Below, in pieces: positions 18,753-26,829 of a stretch of 38,065 bases of DNA (position 1 is the first letter of the stretch; the number at the start of each line of letters is the position of its first letter). The translations under genes were made by a program, and so were the position numbers. Location: positions 1 to 38,065 of the IMG/VR virus record IMGVR_UViG_3300042567_000178; one strand, written 5' to 3'. The notes under the pieces are model-generated. The model saw only the letters and a list, made by a program, of their open reading frames with translations, made no database searches and was not told where the DNA came from. This stretch comes from a virus. Its lineage: Duplodnaviria; Caudoviricetes.

Positions 18753-21148
18753 TATTCAGCACCGTTTGGTGTGTTAGGATTAAAGTTATTTGCCACTATA
18801 GACACCAGTGTCTTACCAGCTGAACCATCATCCTTCACATCTTGACCTACCATTCTAGTTAAAGACAACACTTGTGTAAATTGTCCTTTGCTAAAACTAT
18901 TTTCAACTTTTGTTACCATATAAAGTCCACTGAATTGTGGAACAATCCCGCCATTTGGAAAATCATATCTTCCAGTGCTACGACTAATATCTATTGGATT
19001 TCTAAATTTAACATTGATATACACAGCACCATCTTGATTATTAATTGCGCCGTCTGCGTTAATGCCTTTTAAGTTTGTTGCTTGAGCTGAATAATTACCA
19101 ACACCACTATCACCAATAAAAAACGGATCTCCTAATATGGTCATATCCAATTGCACCATATCACTGCCTTCAGTTATAGCATCGTAAAACTGTCGTGCAG
19201 CCACTGTGGCTGCACTATCAACTAGACCGCCTTTACCACCAGTACGTGATTTAATTTTGTCTGATTCAGATTGTGTTGGCACTTGATTCAACGCAACCCC
19301 GGCATTTTCTGAACTTAGAGAGCCGTCAGCGGCCCTAGTTACTCCACCTTCTGTACTACCTTTATCATTAACTTCTTTAGGAATGTCTGTGGCAAGTCCA
19401 CCAGTTTCAACAATGCGTTGTGCGCCTTGATTGTTTTTTCCGCCATCAGCTGTCAGTGCTGTATAAAAAGCCGCGTTAAATTCAATGTTAAAATTTATAA
19501 TATCTAAATTTTTACTTGTGTACAAGTAATTGTATTCTTTTATTGCATCAAGTTTTAATTTTTCCACACCTTTAGCTGGCTGATTTGGTGCCATAAATTT
19601 ACTATGGTGTACTCTATGCGGAATTACTCTGTATACTACCAAGTTGGGTTTGCGACCCGTTTTACCAAGATTAGCATCAGAGTCCAATATATAAAGTTGA
19701 GTGTCAATTTTCCACCAGTTAATAAATCCGTCTTCACTGATTTTATCTGGATCCAATGCTTGTCTACCGTAGTCACTAGCAAGAATTACTTGATTAATTA
19801 CATTGGGAATATCAGTGCCCTGTGCAAAACGTGCTTCACTGGATGTTTTACTTACACTTACATTACCACGTTTATATGTGCCACTTTTTTCATCATATAC
19901 TGCGTTTTCTTTTCCAAACCCAGCATCACCTTTTCTATACTCATTAAATCCCATGCTGGAAATACCAACTGGGTTGATATTATCTTTTTGTACAAGATTA
20001 AAATTATCACTGCCACGAGCAACACCTAATCTTTTAAACACATTTAAGTTTGATTGTTTTTCATTTGGGTTTGATGTTGCCGAAGATGGATTGCTTGAGT
20101 CATCTGTTGCACTGGCAGCATCACTAGTCTTTAAATCTGTTGGAAAAACTATTAATATTTGATCTGGTACTTCAACATCTTTTCTTTTTACAGTTTCTAA
20201 ATATCTATCATTTACAACTTTTTGTAAACTTTTAGCACCAGTCTGAATCATTTCTTGCACAGTAGACCCAGAAATATTGATATCAGTTTTAACTTGACTG
20301 TAGGTTGTATTGTGTGCTTTTTCATTCCACGGAATTGCTGTACAATTATAGACACTTCCATTACCACTAACTCTCATGGTAAGGTTCATAATTTTTATAG
20401 GGAAAAATTTTGTAGTTCCAGGAATTTGCACATTTTGTCTAAGGGCATCAATATGCCCTTTAAACTCCAACCTTAATAACAGAGGACAATCTACATAATT
20501 GGAGTAACCTGATTCAGCGGCGGCAATTTGTAAAGATTGAAAAAACAATCCCATACTATAAGGCTCAGTGATATCAAAACTTAGGCCAGTGGCATTGGTA
20601 TTGCCAGTAGATTTATCCATGCCCATCATGCCACTAATTTTTACATTTTCAATAAAGTAATCAAACTTTCCTTGAGGATTGTCAACTGAGCGATACGTTG
20701 TAGATATCCTATCATTGGGTTCGCCACTGCCAGTTTTTAAAATTAGCGGGCCCAACTTTCCCTTGCGATAACTCTCGTCTGGAAAGTTTAAATCTTGTGG
20801 ACTTAGTACGCTAAGTGTCCAAACATAATTGTATGTTGCAAAATTATGTAGCACGTTTGGAAACGGCGGAGTGCCAGGAACATTGACAACTGTCTTGGCT
20901 GCTTGTATTAATTTTTCTGGATTAAAATCAGCAATTTTAGGAACTATATCAATAAGAGATTTTAATTGTCCAGGTATTGCGTTAGTTAATGAGCCAGCTA
21001 GATTGCCAGCGCCAGCTAGTGCGGCATTTTTTAAACTGTCTAATGATGCTCCTGCTGTTTGTAATCCTGATACTACACCAGAGCCGTTAACTGCATTTTT
21101 AACTGCGTTAGTTGCTGTAGTCGCAGCCGATGTAATGTCAAATGCCAT
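18752..21148 (-). CDS. Baseplate hub protein (gp27/phage late-control D-like)
   Basis: Sits between the gp53-like and gp5-like genes. C-terminal 'LDMTILGDPFFIG...FSGLYMVTKVENSFSKGQFTQVLSLTR' is typical of hub proteins. Confidence 0.65.
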   Translation of the reverse strand: MAFDITSAATTATNAVKNAVNGSGVVSGLQTAGASLDSLKNAALAGAGNLAGSLTNAIPGQLKSLIDIVPKIADFNPEKLIQAAKTVVNVPGTPPFPNVLHNFATYNYVWTLSVLSPQDLNFPDESYRKGKLGPLILKTGSGEPNDRISTTYRSVDNPQGKFDYFIENVKISGMMGMDKSTGNTNATGLSFDITEPYSMGLFFQSLQIAAAESGYSNYVDCPLLLRLEFKGHIDALRQNVQIPGTTKFFPIKIMNLTMRVSGNGSVYNCTAIPWNEKAHNTTYSQVKTDINISGSTVQEMIQTGAKSLQKVVNDRYLETVKRKDVEVPDQILIVFPTDLKTSDAASATDDSSNPSSATSNPNEKQSNLNVFKRLGVARGSDNFNLVQKDNINPVGISSMGFNEYRKGDAGFGKENAVYDEKSGTYKRGNVSVSKTSSEARFAQGTDIPNVINQVILASDYGRQALDPDKISEDGFINWWKIDTQLYILDSDANLGKTGRKPNLVVYRVIPHRVHHSKFMAPNQPAKGVEKLKLDAIKEYNYLYTSKNLDIINFNIEFNAAFYTALTADGGKNNQGAQRIVETGGLATDIPKEVNDKGSTEGGVTRAADGSLSSENAGVALNQVPTQSESDKIKSRTGGKGGLVDSAATVAARQFYDAITEGSDMVQLDMTILGDPFFIGDSGVGNYSAQATNLKGINADGAINNQDGAVYINVKFRNPIDISRSTGRYDFPNGGIVPQFSGLYMVTKVENSFSKGQFTQVLSLTRMVGQDVKDDGSAGKTLVSIVANNFNPNTPNGAE

Positions 21149-21152
21149 ACTA

Positions 21153-21452
21153 TTAGTTACCTAGTACTTGTTTCAAACTACTATTTTTAGGAAGGTAAAT
21201 TTGTGTTCCAGGAACAAAGTCCCATATAGGATCTTGAAGCACATCTAAATTACGTTGTATAAACACCCACCACAAATTAGAATCTTCATACAAGTCATAT
21301 GCCAACAAATCTGGTCTATATGTATATTGAGGTTCAATTGTGTACAAGTAATCATCAGATTCTGCACTTACTGGTCTAATAGTCAGCGTATCTAAATAAT
21401 TTTTTGTAATGTCTGTTTTGTACCACGGACTGTGGTTATTGTATTGAGCCAT
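21153..21452 (-). CDS. gp53: Baseplate wedge protein gp53-like (LysM-like/tail X)
   Basis: 'YTIEPQYTYRPDLLAYDLYEDSNLWWVFIQRN..LQDPIWDFVPGTQIYLP' is the gp53/LysM-like motif. Confidence 0.8.
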   Translation of the reverse strand: MAQYNNHSPWYKTDITKNYLDTLTIRPVSAESDDYLYTIEPQYTYRPDLLAYDLYEDSNLWWVFIQRNLDVLQDPIWDFVPGTQIYLPKNSSLKQVLGN

Positions 21453-22438
21453 TATACATATCCTTTACTTACATAAGCACCATTTACAAATTGTTGTAAA
21501 CTAAACTGTCTTACACTTTCTCTACTGTAGACTGGCATTATAGTAATAGTTAGGTCGCTTTTAACTGGTACGTGACTATCTCTTGATGCAGACATACCAC
21601 CAGGGCCGCCGCCAACTAAACTAGACAAACTAGATATTACACCTGCACCTGCACCGATAGTTCCCAAGGCAGTGGCCGCGCCTCTTGCGCCAAATGCGCC
21701 AGCAACACCTGCTAATTGATTTGCAGTTTGTGATATTCCACCAAGACCGCCACTCACAGCTGATACGTTTGTACTGATGTATTGCACATCTTTAGGCAAT
21801 GTCATGCTAAAACTTTTTACAACAACTGGAACATTTCTAAAAACGTGATCACCATACGCACTAAAATTTAATATAGGAGGTGGGTTACCTTGGAACGCTG
21901 TGTCGCCAGTAAACATTTTAGTAACTGATCTTAAAAAATGAACTACCGCAATCCAGTATTTGGCTTGCACACCATCTTCAACATTAAACTCGCCAGTAAT
22001 TTGAATGTCGCTTACACGACTATTTTGATATGCTTGAAATTGATAGTTTTGATGTGTTACTGGAATTTCATTATAGGTTGCTGTGCTTGTGATTGCTATT
22101 GTGGGAGTGTAAGGAAAAATTAATCCGCCTGCATCTGTTAATGGTTGTAGTATTGGGCTTTTGTCAAAAAAGCTACCTGATGGCATACTGAGTCTCGCAC
22201 GCCAATCTGTTGATGAATCTGTTCCGCCAAATGTTGCGGACGCATTAACTATTTTGCCAATTGACTCTCCACCAAGTGGCAAATTTATACTTCGAATACT
22301 GCTGAGTAACTTGGCCGGATTTGATAAATTACTAGTCAAGGCGGAGCCTAAATTAGCCACTGTGTTTAGTGCTCCGGCAGCTTGACCCGCTATTTGTTGG
22401 GCCGTTGCTAAACCACTTGCTAAATTAAAATCTGCCAT
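21452..22438 (-). CDS. Baseplate-tail tube initiator/cap (gp48/gp54-like tube-fold protein)
   Basis: 'GLIFPYTPTI...TATY...HQNY.FQAYQNS..SDIQITGEF' and 'GNPPPILNFSAYGDHVFRNVPVVVKSFSMTLP.DV.YI' resemble CIS/myovirus tube-like initiators. First gene of the baseplate operon, with AGGAG Shine-Dalgarno. Confidence 0.6.
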   Translation of the reverse strand: MADFNLASGLATAQQIAGQAAGALNTVANLGSALTSNLSNPAKLLSSIRSINLPLGGESIGKIVNASATFGGTDSSTDWRARLSMPSGSFFDKSPILQPLTDAGGLIFPYTPTIAITSTATYNEIPVTHQNYQFQAYQNSRVSDIQITGEFNVEDGVQAKYWIAVVHFLRSVTKMFTGDTAFQGNPPPILNFSAYGDHVFRNVPVVVKSFSMTLPKDVQYISTNVSAVSGGLGGISQTANQLAGVAGAFGARGAATALGTIGAGAGVISSLSSLVGGGPGGMSASRDSHVPVKSDLTITIMPVYSRESVRQFSLQQFVNGAYVSKGYV

Positions 22439-22457
22439 TTCTGTCTCCTATGACTAA

Positions 22458-22483
22458 TATTTAGTTGACTTTTTAATGTGCGT
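22458..22483 (-). promoter_or_regulatory. Late promoter for the baseplate operon (ACGCACATTA-N10-TAAATA)
   Basis: Minus-strand ACTAAATA at 22458-65, upstream of AGGAG and the ATG at 22438. Overlaps the divergent sigma70 promoter. Confidence 0.6.
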
Positions 22484-22493
22484 AGTTTATAAT
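22465..22493 (+). promoter_or_regulatory. Sigma70-type (early/middle) promoter for the gp55-gp47-gp46 block
   Basis: TTGACT (22465-22470), 17-nt spacer, TATAAT (22488-22493). GGAG Shine-Dalgarno at 22503-22506 precedes the ATG at 22515. Confidence 0.8.
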
Positions 22494-22514
22494 ATAACAT
22501 CCGGAGAACGATTA

Positions 22515-23357
22515 ATGACATTGATACCAAGAGCACCAAAGGTTAATTACCTAAACAACAAAGATTTATTAGAAGAAATACACCGTTCTAAAAACACATA
22601 CTGTAGCTACGAACAGCCAGAATATCATCAGTATGATATTATTTTGCCCGCAGTTGAAAAAATCAATATCAGAACTGTTGCAGAAGCCAAGCGGGCACAG
22701 GCAAAGAGATTGGGAGATCAAGAGTATGCTCGAAGAAAATCTCTTGGTGAAAAAGTCAAGCAAGCAGACTGCGAAGTTGACTATAAAAAGATACCAAAAA
22801 CTGGTTTAATTTTTAGGATTATGACTTTTGATCATATTCCCTTGAACAATGTACGTAAAAAGAACCCTAAAAGTCTTGCAGATCATAGAGATAAAGTGAA
22901 TTTTCCACCTTTTCAACATTGGAAATTTAATGACGCAGAAGAACTAGTATGCGTGGGCAAAAGCCATTGGCAAGGCAGTTTAGACAAGGGCAAATTCAAC
23001 AAAGACCACGGGCAAATTACAAATACACTAGCAAGAATGTATATCAAACTGTGTGAACGCTATGCTACTCGTGGCAATGTTCGTGGATATACCTATAATG
23101 ATGAGATGCGGGCACAGGCAATACTGCAACTTACTCAAATTGGCTTGCAATTCAATGAAGCAAAAAGTAATAATCCATTTGCCTACTTTACAGCGGCAGT
23201 GACCAACAGTTTTGTTAGAATTATCAACATTGAAAAACGTAATCAAAACATACGAGACGACATGTTGGAAATGAACGGCATGAATCCTAGCTATAGTAGG
23301 ACCGGTGCTGGTGAACATGCGGCCGCATTAAAGAGGCATAACGAGGAAATTGAATGA
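22515..23357 (+). CDS. gp55: Sigma factor for late transcription, gp55-like (280 aa)
   Basis: 'NYLNNKDLLEEI' and 'LARMYIKLCERYATRGNVRGYTYNDEMRAQAILQL...FNEAKSNNPFAYFTAAVTNSFVRIINIEK' match gp55. Lies upstream of gp47/gp46. Start moved from 22476 to the ATG at 22515 because of the promoter and Shine-Dalgarno. Confidence 0.88.
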   Translation: MTLIPRAPKVNYLNNKDLLEEIHRSKNTYCSYEQPEYHQYDIILPAVEKINIRTVAEAKRAQAKRLGDQEYARRKSLGEKVKQADCEVDYKKIPKTGLIFRIMTFDHIPLNNVRKKNPKSLADHRDKVNFPPFQHWKFNDAEELVCVGKSHWQGSLDKGKFNKDHGQITNTLARMYIKLCERYATRGNVRGYTYNDEMRAQAILQLTQIGLQFNEAKSNNPFAYFTAAVTNSFVRIINIEKRNQNIRDDMLEMNGMNPSYSRTGAGEHAAALKRHNEEIE

Positions 23358-24364
23358 GTTTATTCAAAAAAGTAGCGTGTTTCACAGACATACACTTTGG
23401 ATTAAAATCCAATAGTTCAACACATAATCAAGATTGTGAAGATTTTGTAGATTGGTACATTGCCAAGGCTAAGGAGGAAGGTTGTGACACTGGAATTTTT
23501 ATGGGCGATTGGCATCACAATCGCAACAGTCTTAATATTACTACTATGGACTATAGCCTTAGAGCCCTTGAAAAATTGGGACAGGCTTTCGATAACTTTT
23601 ATTTCTTTCCTGGTAATCATGATCTTTACTACAAAGACAAGCGGGACATTCACTCAGTTGAATTTGGAAAGTATATCCCCGGAATCACCGTTGTACATGA
23701 ACCTACTACTATTGGTGATGTTACTTTATGTCCGTGGCTCGTGGGTGAGGAGTGGAAAAGTATAGGCAAGAAAGGTGGCAAGTATATATTTGGTCACTTT
23801 GAATTGCCCAGCTTTTTTATGAACGCAATGGTGCAAATGCCGGATCACGGTGAAATTAATTTAGATGCTTTTAAAAATTATGAACTGGGCTTTAGCGGAC
23901 ACTTTCATAAACGCCAACAAAAAGGCAATATGATTTATATTGGCAATGCATTCCCACACAACTATGCAGATGCATGGGACGACGAACGTGGAATGATGGT
24001 TTTAGAGTGGGGAGGAAAGCCAAAATACCACACTTGGGATTTACAACCCACCTTTAGAACTGTTAAACTAAGTCAGTTAATTGACGAAGCCGCAACTATT
24101 ATTAAACCCAAGCAACATTTACGGGTTGCTTTGGACATTGACATTAGTTATGAAGAAGCAAGTTTTATCAAAGAAAAGTTCTTGGGTGATTACAGCATTA
24201 GAGAATTAACTTTGATTGCAGAAAAGAAAGAAGTTGAAATTAATACTGACATTGACATACAATCATTTGAAAGTGTGGATCAAATTGTTAGTAATCAACT
24301 TGTTAGCATTGAGAGTGATAAGTTCAGCGCAAAGACGCTACTGGAAATTTATAACAGTCTATGA
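23354..24364 (+). CDS. gp47: Recombination endonuclease subunit (Mre11/SbcD-like metallophosphoesterase)
   Basis: Motifs DIHFG, GDWHH, GNHD, GHFE and SGHFH. ATGA overlap with gp55. Confidence 0.93.
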   Translation: MSLFKKVACFTDIHFGLKSNSSTHNQDCEDFVDWYIAKAKEEGCDTGIFMGDWHHNRNSLNITTMDYSLRALEKLGQAFDNFYFFPGNHDLYYKDKRDIHSVEFGKYIPGITVVHEPTTIGDVTLCPWLVGEEWKSIGKKGGKYIFGHFELPSFFMNAMVQMPDHGEINLDAFKNYELGFSGHFHKRQQKGNMIYIGNAFPHNYADAWDDERGMMVLEWGGKPKYHTWDLQPTFRTVKLSQLIDEAATIIKPKQHLRVALDIDISYEEASFIKEKFLGDYSIRELTLIAEKKEVEINTDIDIQSFESVDQIVSNQLVSIESDKFSAKTLLEIYNSL

Positions 24365-26142
24365 GTATAAAAATTAAAGACCTAACGGTCAAAAACTTTA
24401 TGAGTGTGGGTAATCAAACCCAAGCTGTGGATTTTGGCAAGCAACAACTGACCTTGGTATTGGGTGAGAACTTGGATCAAGGTGGTGATGATAATGGTAG
24501 TCGTAACGGTACTGGTAAAACTACCATTGTGAACGCACTGAGTTATGCATTATACGGTGTTGCACTGACCAACATTAAAAAAGACAACCTAATTAACAAA
24601 ATCAACGGCAAAGGCATGCTGGTCATGCTGAGTTTTGACAAGGATGGTGTTAGTTATAGGATTGAGCGTGGTCGCAGACCAAATCTTCTCAAGTTTTACG
24701 TCAATGATGTGGAACAAGACACAGAAGAAAGTGATGACGCACAAGGTGATATGCGTGAAACGCAAAAAGATGTGGATGAACTGTTGGGCATGAGTCACGA
24801 CATGTTCAAACACATTGTTGCGTTGAATACCTACACAGAACCATTCTTAAGTATGCGGGCCAATGATCAACGTGCAATTATTGAGCAGTTGTTGGGCATT
24901 ACCTTGCTTAGTGAAAAGTCTGAAGCATTAAAAGAACTAATTCGCATCTCAAAAGATGAAATACAACAAGAAAGCGCCAATATTGAAGCCGCTAAAAAGT
25001 CTAACGAAAAGATTCAACAAAGTGTGGACAGTTTAACCACTAGGCAAACTGCTTGGTACACGCAACAGGCTACAGATTTAGAGAAAATTGGCAAGGCCAT
25101 TAATGAACTGCACAGTGTAGACATTACAAAAGAACTAGAACAACACACCAAGCTCAAAGCATATGATGAGCATAGTGCAAAAATTAAAAGTTTAAACAAA
25201 GAAAAGGCCACTTTAGAAAGTGCAATTATTCAAGCTGAAAGAACTGTAAAAAAATATACTACAGAACTTACAACATTGGATAATAAAACATGCCATGCTT
25301 GTGAACAACAACTGCATGACCACAAGCATGAGGAAATGACTGCTCTTGCTAATAAAAATTTAAAAGAGGCAACGACTTATTTTAATAAGGTCACAGCAGA
25401 CCTAGCAAAAATCAACAAAGAGTTGACTGCAATTGGTGACATTAATGGTAGGCCAAAAACATATTACGATACTTTAGAAGAAGCACTAAAGCATCAAAAC
25501 AATTTGACTACTTTAGAAAGTCAGTTGGTCAAACGTGCTGAAGAAATTGATCCTTATCAAGAACAAATTGACGACTTACGTAACACTGCTATGCAGGAAA
25601 TTACGTGGGATCATGTGAACGAGTTGACTAACTTAAAAGAACATCAAGAGTTCTTGCTCAAGTTGCTCACAAGTAAGGACAGCTTTATACGGAAAAAGAT
25701 CATTGATCAGAATTTAGCTTATCTTAATAACAGATTGACCTACTATCTCGACAAGATGGGACTACCGCATACTGTTGTGTTCCAAAACGACTTGGCTGTG
25801 GAAATCACGCAACTTGGGCAGGATCTAGACTTTGATAATTTGAGCCGTGGTGAACGTAATAGACTTATACTTGGCTTGTCATGGAGTTTCCGTGACGTAT
25901 GGGAAAGTTTATATCAAAGTATCAACTTGTTGTTTGTTGATGAACTTATTGATAACGGATTAGACGCAAGTGGTGTTGAAGGTGCATTGGCTGTACTTAA
26001 AAAGATGGCTCGTGAACGTAATAAAAACATTTACTTGATCAGTCACAAGGATGAATTGATTGGTCGTGTTAATAATGTTCTAAAAGTTATTAAAGAAAAT
26101 GGATTTACATCATATGCAAACGATGTGGAGTATGTAGATTAA
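24361..26142 (+). CDS. gp46: Recombination ATPase subunit (Rad50/SbcC-like)
   Basis: KNFMSVG, Walker A NGTGKTT, coiled coil with zinc-hook CHAC, signature LSRGE, Walker B LLFVDE and H-loop ISH. Confidence 0.95.
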   Translation: MSIKIKDLTVKNFMSVGNQTQAVDFGKQQLTLVLGENLDQGGDDNGSRNGTGKTTIVNALSYALYGVALTNIKKDNLINKINGKGMLVMLSFDKDGVSYRIERGRRPNLLKFYVNDVEQDTEESDDAQGDMRETQKDVDELLGMSHDMFKHIVALNTYTEPFLSMRANDQRAIIEQLLGITLLSEKSEALKELIRISKDEIQQESANIEAAKKSNEKIQQSVDSLTTRQTAWYTQQATDLEKIGKAINELHSVDITKELEQHTKLKAYDEHSAKIKSLNKEKATLESAIIQAERTVKKYTTELTTLDNKTCHACEQQLHDHKHEEMTALANKNLKEATTYFNKVTADLAKINKELTAIGDINGRPKTYYDTLEEALKHQNNLTTLESQLVKRAEEIDPYQEQIDDLRNTAMQEITWDHVNELTNLKEHQEFLLKLLTSKDSFIRKKIIDQNLAYLNNRLTYYLDKMGLPHTVVFQNDLAVEITQLGQDLDFDNLSRGERNRLILGLSWSFRDVWESLYQSINLLFVDELIDNGLDASGVEGALAVLKKMARERNKNIYLISHKDELIGRVNNVLKVIKENGFTSYANDVEYVD

Positions 26143-26143
26143 C

Positions 26144-26398
26144 ATGGAACAAGATGAAGTATTGCACGCCGAGCTTATGCAGGCGTTTAGCAAATATTTT
26201 AAAGCTAATCAACGATGGATCAATACGGGAACACGTATTGCTGGTCGAGAAGTTCGCTATTGGCTCAGTGAGATTAGAAGATTATGTAGCTTACGAAGAG
26301 AACACGTAAGAGCATGGCGCAAAGAATTAGACGAAATTAAAAAGCAAAAGAAAGAAATCCAAAAGGCACAGGCAACAGGCACAGACACAACTAACTAG
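26144..26398 (+). CDS. Small basic helical protein, possibly nucleic-acid binding (distantly Hc1/histone-H1-like)
   Basis: 84-aa ORF tightly packed between gp46 and the GIY-YIG gene. R/K-rich amphipathic helices. Family assignment is from pattern recollection only. Confidence 0.55.
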   Translation: MEQDEVLHAELMQAFSKYFKANQRWINTGTRIAGREVRYWLSEIRRLCSLRREHVRAWRKELDEIKKQKKEIQKAQATGTDTTN

Positions 26399-26401
26399 TT
26401 G

Positions 26402-26827
26402 ATGACATGGTATTATCAAGACACAATTATAGAAGAACTACCGGAAGATTGCGTAGGATTTGTGTACTTGATAACAAATGTCATCTCTGGCAGAAAATAT
26501 ATAGGCAAAAAATTAGCCAAATTCTCTAAAACATCATACAAAGTAGTAACACTTAAAAACGGTACTAAGAAAAAGAAGAAGATTCGCAGTAAAATTGACA
26601 GTGACTGGCGTGAATATTACGGCAGTAACTTGGAATTAAATGCAGATGTTCTAAAATTAGGCAAAGACAAATTCAAAAGAGAAGTATTATACTACTGTAA
26701 AAGTAAAGCTGAATGTAGTTATATTGAGGCCAGAGAACAATTCACCCACAAAGTATTAGAATCTAAAGACTATTACAACGGACAGATCAGCGTTCGTGTA
26801 CATGGCTCGCACATTTTAAAATCATAG
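26402..26827 (+). CDS. Stand-alone GIY-YIG nuclease-domain protein (141 aa)
   Basis: 'GFVYLITN...GRKYIGKK', 'YYGS', 'FKREVLYYC.SK.E.SYIE' and 'YYN' follow the GIY-YIG catalytic pattern. Has a Lys-rich insertion and no C-terminal DNA-binding repeats. ATG at 26402; TTG at 26399 is the alternative start. Confidence 0.8.
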   Translation: MTWYYQDTIIEELPEDCVGFVYLITNVISGRKYIGKKLAKFSKTSYKVVTLKNGTKKKKKIRSKIDSDWREYYGSNLELNADVLKLGKDKFKREVLYYCKSKAECSYIEAREQFTHKVLESKDYYNGQISVRVHGSHILKS

Positions 26828-26829
26828 GC

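Noticed and set aside
492-22385. Many 60-141 aa plus-strand ORFs within the minus-strand baseplate operon
   Set aside because: Entirely nested antisense to long, well-supported genes; no motifs or ribosome binding sites.
22476-22514. ORF-track starts at 22476 (gp55), 27298 and 33754
   Set aside because: Each lies within or upstream of the predicted promoter. ATGs at 22515, 27334 and 33769 fit the promoter or Shine-Dalgarno better.
25840-25860. gp46 ABC signature LSRGE instead of LSGGE as a sign of inactivation
   Set aside because: All other ATPase motifs and the zinc hook are intact, and gp46/Rad50 signature motifs vary at this position.
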